From IMG/VR virus record IMGVR_UViG_3300002835_000013: DNA of 64,000 nt. The stretch is one strand, 5' to 3'. Below the pieces are notes generated by a model. The model saw only the letters and a list, made by a program, of their open reading frames with translations, made no database searches and was not told where the DNA came from. The stretch comes from a virus. The translations under genes were made by a program, and so were the position numbers. Below, piece by piece: positions 1-8,999 of the stretch; within the stretch, counting starts at the first letter, position 1; the number at the start of each line of letters is the position of its first letter.

Positions 1-349
1 TGCGGACGCCGATCAACTATTTGGAGCAACAAATAGTGATAAGAGAGGTCTGCTAAACAGATTTAGATATCATGCTGCACCAGAGATTGCAGGACCTTTT
101 GGTGCATTCTTTAAAAGTCCTTCTGAATGGGAAATCGAATTTCATTATAGAAAGCCTAACGGTCAGTGGGCAAAGAATGTTAATCTACCATACATCGCTA
201 AGGGTGTTTTAGGTCGTGTCGATGTTGATTATAATCCAATGTCAGAGTTTAGCACCTTCGAAGACGGAAGACCTGTAACTGCCAGACTTTCAATGTCGTT
301 CCTAGAAATGGAAATCATCGACAAAAACAGAATCGAAACGGGATACTAA
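1..349 (+). CDS. gp48: Baseplate tail-tube cap gp48-like protein, 3' part (truncated by window edge)
   Basis: Open frame ...RFRYHAAPE...PSEWEIEF...VDVDYNP...FEDGRPV...LSMSFLEMEIIDKNRIETGY*; stop overlaps next ATG; baseplate context. Confidence 0.75.
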   Translation, partial: ADADQLFGATNSDKRGLLNRFRYHAAPEIAGPFGAFFKSPSEWEIEFHYRKPNGQWAKNVNLPYIAKGVLGRVDVDYNPMSEFSTFEDGRPVTARLSMSFLEMEIIDKNRIETGY

Positions 350-1008
350 TGGCTGCTAATATAACAAACGCACCGCTAAGAACTGAAATCAGTTCAATGA
401 TGGCTTCATTGGACGACAATTATAGTGTAGTCAAGGGTTGTAGATTTCTGGTTAGAATAAATCTTTCTGGTCTACTGCCTAGATTGAGTTACTCTAATAA
501 AATAGGCACATTGATTTATGCTTGTGAAGCCGCACAGTTTCCTGGACGTGGATTTCAGACTGCCGAAGTCAGATACTACGGTCCAAAGCAAATGATGCCT
601 ACCAATACGACATATGGCGATGACTTCTCATTGACCTTTCTTTGTCGTAGTAAAACACTTGAAAGACAATTCTTTGATGATTGGATGGACATTATTAATC
701 CGCCAAACTCATATCACTTCAAATATCCTAACGAGTATTTTACAGACATTGATATATTCCAGTATGCTGAATATGGATCATTGGCAAATGCTTTCATCAA
801 TAAAGCAGATAACGCCACTGGTATACCGCCTACATCAAGAGCAAGCAATAGATATGTACCTGAGCCAATATATGCTTGGAAAATGAAAAAGTGTTGGCCT
901 GTTTTAGTTGCTCCTCAGCAAGTATCTTGGGCAGAGAATGAAGTCCTAAGATTACAGGTTTCATTCGCATTCAAGAACTGGGAAAAACGAGTAGCAGCTA
1001 ATATATAA
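349..1008 (+). CDS. Baseplate tail-tube initiator gp54-like / gp19 tube-fold protein
   Basis: CEAAQFPGR, ERQFFDDW, WP..V, L.VSFAFK.W motifs typical of the gp19/gp54 family; lies between gp48 and gp26. Confidence 0.7.
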   Translation: MAANITNAPLRTEISSMMASLDDNYSVVKGCRFLVRINLSGLLPRLSYSNKIGTLIYACEAAQFPGRGFQTAEVRYYGPKQMMPTNTTYGDDFSLTFLCRSKTLERQFFDDWMDIINPPNSYHFKYPNEYFTDIDIFQYAEYGSLANAFINKADNATGIPPTSRASNRYVPEPIYAWKMKKCWPVLVAPQQVSWAENEVLRLQVSFAFKNWEKRVAANI

Positions 1009-1036
1009 AAATTTTTAGATAAATTGGAGTTGTATT

Positions 1037-1762
1037 ATGACATTACCTAAGATTGAGGTGCCTACTTACGAATTGACGATGCCTATTAGTGGTGAAACGC
1101 TGACAGTCAGACCGTTCAATGTAAGAGAAGAAAAGCTATTACTGATTGCTTTAGAGTCAAAAGATCAAAATGAAATCGTAAATACAGTCAAGCAGGTCGT
1201 GAATAACTGTATCGTTACTGGTAAGTTTGATGTAAATAAGTCGCCGTTCTTCGAGGTAGACTTTCTGTTCATCTTCCTAAGAGCAAAGAGCATCGGTGAA
1301 AAAGTAGCGGTAAAATTAACCTGTAATAATGTGATTGAGGAAGATAAAGTATGTGGCAACATATTCTCTGCCGAGATGGACGTTTCAAACTGTGAACTAG
1401 TAAATGATAATCCTGTGCCTAACGACATACCTCTAGGTGGTGGCAAGGGCGTCAAAATGAAATATCCTGGTTATGGCTCTATGAAGAAGATAGACGGCGG
1501 CCTTGATATCGATAGAACAGTAAATATCGTTGTCAATAGTATAGATTACATTTACGACAAAGATGGTGTTTACTCGGCAAAAGATTATAGCAAGGAAGAA
1601 CTAAACGACTTTGTAATGGGTCTGACCGAAGAGAACTTTAGAAAGCTGGAAGAATATATCGAAAACTTTCCATCTTTCGTGGTCAACATAGAAGCGAAAT
1701 GTAACAAGTGTGGATTCGATCATAAAGTGAGGTACAAGAATTTCGCTGATTTTTTTCTCTGA
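1037..1762 (+). CDS. gp26: Baseplate hub subunit gp26
   Basis: MTLPKIEVPTYEL...RPFNVREEKLLL...FLRAKSIGE...CNKCG...DFF, characteristic of T4 gp26 homologues. Confidence 0.9.
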   Translation: MTLPKIEVPTYELTMPISGETLTVRPFNVREEKLLLIALESKDQNEIVNTVKQVVNNCIVTGKFDVNKSPFFEVDFLFIFLRAKSIGEKVAVKLTCNNVIEEDKVCGNIFSAEMDVSNCELVNDNPVPNDIPLGGGKGVKMKYPGYGSMKKIDGGLDIDRTVNIVVNSIDYIYDKDGVYSAKDYSKEELNDFVMGLTEENFRKLEEYIENFPSFVVNIEAKCNKCGFDHKVRYKNFADFFL

Positions 1763-1764
1763 TA

Positions 1765-1983
1765 ATGTCCTATGAGGGTCTCTCGGGACATTTCAAGAAT
1801 AACTTTAGTTTACTACATCATCATAAGTGGCCTTTGTCGGATGTTGAGAATATGGTACCATGGGAGCGACAAATCTATATTGAAATGTTGGCTCTGTTCC
1901 TGAAAGAGCAAGAGCAAAAGATGAAAGACCTAGAGAATGAGCAAAGGGCACAACTACAACAAATGCTAAGAAAAAAGATGTAA
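1765..1983 (+). CDS. gp51: Baseplate hub assembly catalyst gp51
   Basis: NFSLLHHHKWPLSDVENMVPWERQIY motif; follows gp26. Confidence 0.85.
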   Translation: MSYEGLSGHFKNNFSLLHHHKWPLSDVENMVPWERQIYIEMLALFLKEQEQKMKDLENEQRAQLQQMLRKKM

Positions 1984-4900
1984 ATGGCAAAGAAATCAAA
2001 CTACTCAAAACTCGCCGAATTTAGATCCGAAGAAAGGGATAGACTAGTTAGGTCTAATCCTAATCTATTACAAGGTCTCACGCCTACACAGATAGCAGAA
2101 CTCTTTCCTGATTATTTTAGAAGAGGAACACCAGATGTTGGCGGATTTAGAGAGGCTATCTCTAAAGAGTCAGCTAGAAAACAAAGTCTATGGCAAGGTA
2201 GCGTTGATACTCGTTTAGATCGTCAAGGTGGTATGCTATCGAGAATGCGCCAAGAATATGGCGGCGGTTCTTTCACTGATAGTTCTGTAGGAACAGGTAG
2301 TAAGCAGTTTCAAGCCTTAGCTCCTAGAATTATGAAAGACTTGCAAAGAGATTTTCCAGGTTTAACAAAAGAAGACGCTGCTGCAATTGTTGGTAATCTT
2401 GGCGAAGAGTCTGGTGGATTCGGACAAATGTCAGAAGCAGGCGGTCGAGGACCTGGTCGTGGATGGGCTCAATGGACAAGTCCAGATAGAAAAGCCAAAT
2501 TCTTAGCAAACGTTCAGAAGTATGGCGGCGATTTAGCAAACTATCAAGCAAACTATGAAACACTAAGAGATGAGTTGAAAGGCGCATACGCTCCTGCACT
2601 TAGAGAGATGATGGCCGCACAAGGTTTGCAAAACAAAACTCATGTGTTTATGAGACGATTTGAAAATCCTGGTGTTGAAGCATTTGATGTTAGAATGCGT
2701 TATGCACAAAGAGCGGTAAATGTTTATGAAGCACCAGATACTACACCACAGCAAGGAAAAGGTGGAGCGACTACACCCCAACAGCAAGCAGGACAAGCAG
2801 GAACAGGAGCCACGACTCCTAGCGCACCTGCAGGTGATACGACAAAACAAGCAGGACAAAGAACAGAAGGTGCTAAGTTTAGTGTAGTATCTAACTACAT
2901 TGTACCTAACGATAAATCGCTATACGACACAAGAAACGCACAGCAATGTGCCACACTGTCAAAAGCGTTTAATCCTAATATTGGTAGATCGAACAGCTGG
3001 ACGGTTGTTGATGGTGATATTAAAGCGGGTCAGATTGTAGCAACAAAACAATATAACAATCCAGGCGCAGATAGAGTTCACTCTGGTTATCATACAGGTG
3101 TCGCACTAACAGCACCAAATGAAAAAGGTGACTTTCTATTACTAGAACAATTCAATGGTTCTGGCGGTGCTAGAACGAAGTGGGTTAACAAGAATAGTTA
3201 TCCAATCGGTAATACTGGTAAGACAACATCATTTGGTCTAATCTCTTCTGGTGGTAAAGTTCATGACGAAGTTTCACAAGAAGCACTAGCATATGGTCAA
3301 GGACTCGGATCACCTGCACAAAAATCTGCGGTTGGTACCAACTCTGGAACACCAGGCACTGGCGGTGAATCTGCTCCTGGCGTCGAAGGTAATGTAGATT
3401 ACGCTGGTGAACCTGGTAATATCGGCGGTGCATCTATGGGTGAGGCAGAACAACAATCCGCTTCACTAATGCAACCTGTAGCAATGATGCGAAATCTCAT
3501 GGGTATGATGGGAGGAATGATGGGTGGCGGAACAGCATCTCCACTCGGCCTCATTACAACAGCAATGGGATTTATCATGCCACTGATAGGTTCTATCGCC
3601 GGTGAAAGATTATCTGGTGAAGGTATGGGTGACGCTGGACCAAGAGCATTACCAAGAATAAACATAAATCGTACCTCAGGTGGTAGAGGTGGTCATCGAG
3701 CAGCGTCACACACTCATGGACATACACAGACAAGAGCAAGAAAAGCTGATACTTATTCTCCTAGTGTATCATCGTCAGGTCTAAATCAAAAAAGTAACTT
3801 GGCGAATTATACAAGTATTCATGCTGCTCCTGCTATTGGCGCATCTCAACAACAATATAATGCTTTTAGAGAAGCTGTAGCAAGTATTGAAAGTCGTGGT
3901 GGTAACTATAATCTTCGTGGTGGTTCAAGCAATCGTTTTGCTGGTGCATATCAAATGGGCGGCGGCGAGATTAAAGAGATTGCTAAGTTTCTAGGAGAGC
4001 AAGCACCAGTCGCAAGAATGAAAGGATCAAGAAAGATTGCGGCGTCTGACGAGTTTTTGCAAAATCCACAAATGCAAGAAAAGTATTTTGATGCATACGT
4101 GTTACAACATCATAATCACTTAATGAAGAATAATAAAAAGTATGCTGCCATGTCTCCAGAAGACAGACTTAAAGTCCTTGGTTATGCTCACAATCAAGGA
4201 GCAGGTGGCGCTAATAAGTGGTTAAGAACAGGTGCATCAAAAGCAGATGCATTTGGAACAGATGCAACGAAATACTCTTACAGAATCGGCAAGCAGTTTG
4301 AAGGATTACAAGTAGCACAAGCTGCCGAGAAGCAAGGAACACAATTAGCATCGACAACGCCTGCATCCTCAACAGGTCAAGTAGGACCAACACCTGCAAC
4401 TCCGTCATCAACTATTGGTCCAACTACACAGATGGCTCAAGCGCCAAAAACATTTATGGAAAGAATGTTTCCTTCTACGGGGGCTGCTGAAATCAATGCG
4501 ACAACACCAAAATCAGAAGTTAGAACATCACCAGCTTTTGCTGCACCCACTGTTCCTGTTTCTAGAGAAGCCAGAACTCCTCTTGGCATATATTCTAATC
4601 CTTCAAGATATGATGTTATGTCACAGTTTGGATATAGAAAACAACTAGACACAGCTTCGGTTATATCGCAATCTTCGTCTCCTGCGGTACCTGCTGCATC
4701 GACACCACAACAGACTACTGTGACAGCGATGCCTCATGTTCATAATACACCAGGACCTGCTCCTGATATGACCAGTATGCAAATGAACCAGATTAGAAAT
4801 CAAATGCAAATGATGACGCCTCAGGCGCCGCCACAAAATGTTATGCCAACAATACAAAATCCATCACCAGTGACACAGGTTCTAAATCACGATCATACAA

Positions 4901-5022
4901 TGAATATGATACAGAATCCTGCGGATACACCATCTGCTTATCGTGCATTTGCTAGAGCATATGGAAATGAAACGCCAGGAACATTTGGCGAAGGACACTT
5001 CAACTACGGTAATGCCAGATAA
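1984..5022 (+). CDS. Virion baseplate hub/tape-measure-like protein with three peptidoglycan hydrolase domains
   Basis: Phage tail lysozyme motif (AAAIVGNLGEES...GWAQWT...FENP), Cys/His amidase-like segment (QCATL...HTGV...LEQF), lysozyme/SLT-like segment (ASIES.GGNY...GAYQM); Q/P/G-rich linkers; gp29 position. Confidence 0.7.
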   Translation: MAKKSNYSKLAEFRSEERDRLVRSNPNLLQGLTPTQIAELFPDYFRRGTPDVGGFREAISKESARKQSLWQGSVDTRLDRQGGMLSRMRQEYGGGSFTDSSVGTGSKQFQALAPRIMKDLQRDFPGLTKEDAAAIVGNLGEESGGFGQMSEAGGRGPGRGWAQWTSPDRKAKFLANVQKYGGDLANYQANYETLRDELKGAYAPALREMMAAQGLQNKTHVFMRRFENPGVEAFDVRMRYAQRAVNVYEAPDTTPQQGKGGATTPQQQAGQAGTGATTPSAPAGDTTKQAGQRTEGAKFSVVSNYIVPNDKSLYDTRNAQQCATLSKAFNPNIGRSNSWTVVDGDIKAGQIVATKQYNNPGADRVHSGYHTGVALTAPNEKGDFLLLEQFNGSGGARTKWVNKNSYPIGNTGKTTSFGLISSGGKVHDEVSQEALAYGQGLGSPAQKSAVGTNSGTPGTGGESAPGVEGNVDYAGEPGNIGGASMGEAEQQSASLMQPVAMMRNLMGMMGGMMGGGTASPLGLITTAMGFIMPLIGSIAGERLSGEGMGDAGPRALPRININRTSGGRGGHRAASHTHGHTQTRARKADTYSPSVSSSGLNQKSNLANYTSIHAAPAIGASQQQYNAFREAVASIESRGGNYNLRGGSSNRFAGAYQMGGGEIKEIAKFLGEQAPVARMKGSRKIAASDEFLQNPQMQEKYFDAYVLQHHNHLMKNNKKYAAMSPEDRLKVLGYAHNQGAGGANKWLRTGASKADAFGTDATKYSYRIGKQFEGLQVAQAAEKQGTQLASTTPASSTGQVGPTPATPSSTIGPTTQMAQAPKTFMERMFPSTGAAEINATTPKSEVRTSPAFAAPTVPVSREARTPLGIYSNPSRYDVMSQFGYRKQLDTASVISQSSSPAVPAASTPQQTTVTAMPHVHNTPGPAPDMTSMQMNQIRNQMQMMTPQAPPQNVMPTIQNPSPVTQVLNHDHTMNMIQNPADTPSAYRAFARAYGNETPGTFGEGHFNYGNAR

Positions 5023-5048
5023 AAGAAAGGGGAGCATTTCTGCTCCCC
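5021..5048. terminator. Intrinsic terminator between convergent genes
   Basis: GGGGAGCA-TTTC-TGCTCCCC hairpin; flanking A-run gives a U-tract on the minus strand after gp32. Confidence 0.8.
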
Positions 5049-5055
5049 AATCTTC

Positions 5056-6024
5056 TTAGTCGTTTAGTAGATCACGAAATTCCTTTAGATCAGGATCATC
5101 GTCATCTTCGTCCTCAATCACAGGTGCCGCTGCCTTGCGAGCAACTGGCTTAGGATCATGGAAGGGAATATCCTCATCCTCATCAACAACCTTTGCTGCC
5201 TTGACCTTAGCGAGATTTCTCTCAAGGACTTCATCGGTATATGTTGACTTGCCAGGTGTCAGACCTAGAACATCATTTAGACGAGCCTTTAGCTGGTCAT
5301 ATGTCTTGAAGTTCTTTGGATCGATAATCTCCTTGAGGGAGTATTCTGTCTTCCAAATCTGTTCAAGTTCACCATCATCCTCGGATAGAGGACCTGGAGT
5401 TAGGAACACCGATTCGTCATAGTTAGGAAAACCAGACTGACGGACCATCTTCAACTTGAAGTTAGCACCTTCCCAAAGATCGAATGGATTGATCTTCTTT
5501 TCTGAATCAAGGTCTGGATTCATCATCTTTGTAATCTTATCAAAGATTTTCTTACCATACTTGAATAGAAAGACCTTGCCTTCATTCTGAGGATTCTTAG
5601 GATCACTCACCACATAGATGTTAGAAACATAGTGGAGGCGACGCTTCTGCTCACGGGCCTGCTTACGCTCTGGTGAGTTATCATCGGTCGAAGCATTCCA
5701 TAGAGTAGAATTGTATTCAGAAACAGGATCCTTGACGCCCTGACCAAGAGTGGTCAGTGACTTCTCAATATACCACTTACCGGTGAACTTGTTTTGAAAA
5801 CCGTGATCCCAATACTGAACCCATGGAAGAGCATCATCGCCATCCGCTGCAGGACCAGGAAGAAAACGAATAACCGCAAGAGCATTGCCAGCCTTATCTT
5901 GTGTAGGCTTCCAATAGTTGTCTGTGGAATCGTCTTTATCGTAGGTGGGCTTATTCATCTCGTCAACCTTCTTGAGAAGGCTGGAGAAGTCTTTGGATTG
6001 TTTCTTAAGGTTTGAAAAGTTCAT
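5056..6024 (-). CDS. gp32: Single-stranded DNA-binding protein gp32
   Basis: AVIRFLP, HGF...WYIE.SLTT, KYGKKIFDKI, GANFKLK, acidic C-terminal tail. Confidence 0.97.
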   Translation of the reverse strand: MNFSNLKKQSKDFSSLLKKVDEMNKPTYDKDDSTDNYWKPTQDKAGNALAVIRFLPGPAADGDDALPWVQYWDHGFQNKFTGKWYIEKSLTTLGQGVKDPVSEYNSTLWNASTDDNSPERKQAREQKRRLHYVSNIYVVSDPKNPQNEGKVFLFKYGKKIFDKITKMMNPDLDSEKKINPFDLWEGANFKLKMVRQSGFPNYDESVFLTPGPLSEDDGELEQIWKTEYSLKEIIDPKNFKTYDQLKARLNDVLGLTPGKSTYTDEVLERNLAKVKAAKVVDEDEDIPFHDPKPVARKAAAPVIEDEDDDDPDLKEFRDLLND

Positions 6025-6084
6025 TGTATTTTCCTTGTATTTGCGTTGTATGTTTTCTTATCCACATCATCATAATAAAAATAG

Positions 6085-6113
6085 ATAATAACACAAGAAT
6101 CTCCTTGTGTCAA
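6085..6113 (-). promoter_or_regulatory. Sigma70-type promoter for gp32
   Basis: TTGACA-17 nt-TATTAT on the minus strand. Confidence 0.75.
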
Positions 6114-6124
6114 ATGTTATTTAG

Positions 6125-6436
6125 TCACCAATCAATGGCAGGATCATGTAGATCCTCCCATTCCCATTTACCAATGAAGTCTCGTTTTGTCTGCTCAACT
6201 GCGGAGCATTCAAAGCGAATCTCTTGCCACGTCTTATCTCCCCATACACGACGAGGATTACCACACCAAATGCAACCAGATACACCACAGTCCATTGCAT
6301 CCATTTTATGAAAGCGATGTGGCTGAATAGTATCTCCATACTTATTGAACCAGTATGATGACTTTTTCACCTTGACTTGTCTATCGATGTGTCGCTTCTT
6401 TTGTTGGAATCTTCTCTGTCTTCTTTCTTTATTCAA
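6125..6436 (-). CDS. Hypothetical basic protein with CxxxxCxxCGNPR motif
   Basis: ORF; probable TTG start after a GGAG RBS rather than the track start at 6565. Confidence 0.6.
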   Translation of the reverse strand: MNKERRQRRFQQKKRHIDRQVKVKKSSYWFNKYGDTIQPHRFHKMDAMDCGVSGCIWCGNPRRVWGDKTWQEIRFECSAVEQTKRDFIGKWEWEDLHDPAIDW

Positions 6437-6611
6437 GAATAATCTCCAAATAGTGTTCCACTTCTTCATTTGGTAGATAACTAGTCTTTGTTTCCGTCTC
6501 ATAGATTTCAATCTGCGAGACATGAGAACCGTCATACTTATAGAACACTTCGTATCTTCCGTCAACCCACCCTTTCAATATGTCGGATGCGTTCCCTTCT
6601 AGTGTCTTCAT
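6429..6611 (-). CDS. Hypothetical protein
   Basis: ORF with GGAG RBS, packed in the operon. Confidence 0.55.
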   Translation of the reverse strand: MKTLEGNASDILKGWVDGRYEVFYKYDGSHVSQIEIYETETKTSYLPNEEVEHYLEIILE

Positions 6612-7200
6612 TGACCTTCTCCTTCAGTATGGCTTTGAACTTCTCGGCATCATACTTTATGAACGGTCTAAACTTGCGGAGTTTCAAAGCAACTCTTGAC
6701 CAGATGATATCATCATCGCCAAGGTATTTATCAAACTTTGAAGCGTAAGGAACAAAGTCGTTTAGAATTGCCGCAGACTCCAGAGCAATAGACTTCCGCA
6801 GAATAAGAGTAACAATGAAAGGATACTCACCATCGACAACATCAAAAGCATATTTACAACCATGCTCAAATACTTTGTCCACATCGTTTCTAAAAATGTA
6901 TGAGAGGGATTGTCTTCTCTTTTCTGCCTCCCAGAATGTTCCATGCGCTTCTTCTCCTATCATCTCGGTAATGTAATGACGGTCCTCTAGCAGATTAGCA
7001 ACGAAGAAGTTTTTGAGTTCCTCGGCATTGTATAGTTTCGCTACCTTCTCAAAGAAAGCCTTATCGTTGCGTTTTAGATATGACTCTTTCGTAGCACGGA
7101 GTTTACCGTTCATTAGAAAGAAGTCATACTTGACCTTGGTGAAATGAGTTCGCAAGGCCAAGAATAACAGATATGCTCCATAACCAGAGAAGTGTTTCAT
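6562..7200 (-). CDS. gp59: Helicase loader gp59
   Basis: Y..FLAL..HF...YDFF..NGK, KR.D..FFEK, F.ANL, K..PF; upstream of gp32. Confidence 0.9.
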   Translation of the reverse strand: MKHFSGYGAYLLFLALRTHFTKVKYDFFLMNGKLRATKESYLKRNDKAFFEKVAKLYNAEELKNFFVANLLEDRHYITEMIGEEAHGTFWEAEKRRQSLSYIFRNDVDKVFEHGCKYAFDVVDGEYPFIVTLILRKSIALESAAILNDFVPYASKFDKYLGDDDIIWSRVALKLRKFRPFIKYDAEKFKAILKEKVNEDTRRERIRHIERVG

Positions 7201-8237
7201 TTTGTTTGTTTTAGATAGTCCAATGTTATTTTAGTATCATTACGAAGTATATCATCCATTTCATTCATCGAATTAGGTCCGTATTTGCCTATAATGTCAT
7301 CAAGTTCAAATGGCTTTTCGGTATCGCCCATCGCATTTCTGGTGAGGTCATCAAGATAAGAATTGTTCCTATTAGCTATATTTTGTAGCGCCCGACTGAA
7401 CGGCGCAACCGGACGTGCAGGCATATTCGCTCCTTCCTGAAAGTCCTGGAAGTTCATATTCATCGCTTTGACCGCAGGATTCTGCAAGGTCGACGCCGGC
7501 CAGACCTTATTATTATCAAGTTTCGTCGGAGCATCACACTTCCTATCTGGGACACGGACCTTACGGAGCATTTCCTCTAGTGACTGTGACTTTGACTTTA
7601 GTGGCTCGTCAATCATGAGGTCTTCTTTTGTCTTCCAATCACGGTGTCTAAACTTATCAAGGCGCCACTTCTTTACTTTCTTATTACCATTGACAATAAG
7701 GTGCTTGTTCATAATAGCGTTATAAGTCTGATGGCTAATGTAAAGTCTGCCGACATGATAGGATGCCATACAGTGAATGAAGTCAAAATGATCAATCAGT
7801 GTCTTGCGATCCGTGAAGTCGGTCTTGATATACTGGACATTTGAATCCTGATTGAGTGCAGTAGCAAAGATATGTTCATTGCTATAATCATCATCCTCGT
7901 CCAGATGATACTTTACTATCCAAGTACCCGGTTTATGCCTAATCATATTCTCAAGCATGTTGTGTTGTGTGGGATTTTTAGGATGGAATGATTCATTCTT
8001 TAGAAGAAAGGTATCAATGTCGTTGATGAGTTCATCCCTTAGCAGAGAACTAATACAACCACCAGCAACGATTATAAATTCTCTATTATAACCATCATCA
8101 GTGGATACCCCCTCACTTTTATCCCAACTTGGATGTCTTCTTTCATAAAGGCCAACGTCTTTGATTAGTATTTCTAGTTTCCGTTTGACATCGGCAATGT
8201 GCCGAACTTCTTTGTCGGTAAAATCTTCACTAGACAT
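7197..8237 (-). CDS. Putative Pol-beta-superfamily nucleotidyltransferase (poly(A)/CCA head-like) with low-complexity C-terminus
   Basis: VAGGCISS...NDID motif and FDF.HC segment. Confidence 0.55.
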   Translation of the reverse strand: MSSEDFTDKEVRHIADVKRKLEILIKDVGLYERRHPSWDKSEGVSTDDGYNREFIIVAGGCISSLLRDELINDIDTFLLKNESFHPKNPTQHNMLENMIRHKPGTWIVKYHLDEDDDYSNEHIFATALNQDSNVQYIKTDFTDRKTLIDHFDFIHCMASYHVGRLYISHQTYNAIMNKHLIVNGNKKVKKWRLDKFRHRDWKTKEDLMIDEPLKSKSQSLEEMLRKVRVPDRKCDAPTKLDNNKVWPASTLQNPAVKAMNMNFQDFQEGANMPARPVAPFSRALQNIANRNNSYLDDLTRNAMGDTEKPFELDDIIGKYGPNSMNEMDDILRNDTKITLDYLKQTK

Positions 8238-8248
8238 GATGTAACCCT

Positions 8249-8473
8249 TTATAAAGGAAGTTGTGAGGTATTAGATTTCTTGAGAAAGTGGAGTTCTTCG
8301 GCTTCTAGTTTGATTTTGGATTTGAGAACACCCGAGACTAACTTTGCTGCGGTCTCTATCTCGAATCCTGTCTGTTCACAATACATAACGACGGCATCGA
8401 TATAAGGAATGTCTTTCATATAGACCAGTTCCTCAATCTCTAAACTAAACTTTTGTATGTCTTCGGGGGTCAT
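8249..8473 (-). CDS. gp33: Late transcription coactivator gp33
   Basis: FSLEIEELV...YIDAVV.YC...LKSKIKLEAEELHFL...LPL; gp33-gp59-gp32 synteny. Confidence 0.9.
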   Translation of the reverse strand: MTPEDIQKFSLEIEELVYMKDIPYIDAVVMYCEQTGFEIETAAKLVSGVLKSKIKLEAEELHFLKKSNTSQLPL

Positions 8474-8496
8474 TTGTTCCTCTGGTTCATAATATA

Positions 8497-8812
8497 AAAG
8501 GTGATTTTTCTGTTTCGAGGAAAACCACCAAACCCAATGAACTTACGCTGCTAGAGCGAAGTCAAATGGTACATTGTCGTTTGCTGCACCTGCAATTTGC
8601 CTTTGGTCTCCTTACGACCTTACTGTATCCCGTCGAACCTGTTCGCCCCCATCAAAGATACACTGTTGGACCCTCTGTCTTGTTCCAACTTTTCTCATAA
8701 AGAGTTGCGGGTTCCTATCTTTTCAGTCTAGGCAGTGTATCTATGATGGAGGCGGTGGGAATCGCACCCACGTCCAAGAAACCTATATTTCGTCTCTCAA
8801 CGACCTCGGCAA
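8497..8812 (-). ncRNA. ssrA: Circularly permuted (two-piece) tmRNA
   Basis: Acceptor piece ending GTGGG-TGCGATT-CCCAC-CGCCTCC-A (3' end at 8747) precedes the coding piece starting GGGGGCGAACAGGTTCGAC (8650); G3-U70 pair; tag ORF 8584-8543 ANDNVPFDFALAA*; terminator-like hairpin near 8500. Confidence 0.92.
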
Positions 8813-8820
8813 TTCTATTT

Positions 8821-8983
8821 ATCGTCTCCATCAAAGATACACTCTTAGCGTCAAAGTGATGGACTTGAACCATCATACCTTTCTTTGATATTCAGATATA
8901 CCGAACGTTACGATATACCCTTAGTCGGCCAACTCGCTATGTTAGATAATTAGTCTAACGAGTGTATCCATGATGAAGACGAT
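8821..8983 (-). ncRNA. Candidate structured ncRNA closed by a 24-nt inverted repeat and containing a T-loop hairpin
   Basis: Arms 8821-8844 and 8960-8983; TGATGG-TTCAAGT-CCATCA hairpin; own TATAAATA late promoter. Confidence 0.6.
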
Positions 8984-8991
8984 TCCAATTC

Positions 8992-8999
8992 TATTTATA
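8992..8999 (-). promoter_or_regulatory. T4-type late promoter
   Basis: TATAAATA; the 13-mer ATAAATAGAATTG recurs at 8810-8822 ahead of the tmRNA. Confidence 0.75.

Noticed and set aside
6437-6565. N-terminal extension of the 6125-6565 ORF
   Set aside because: Overlaps another plausible gene (6429-6611); a better RBS and start lie at 6436
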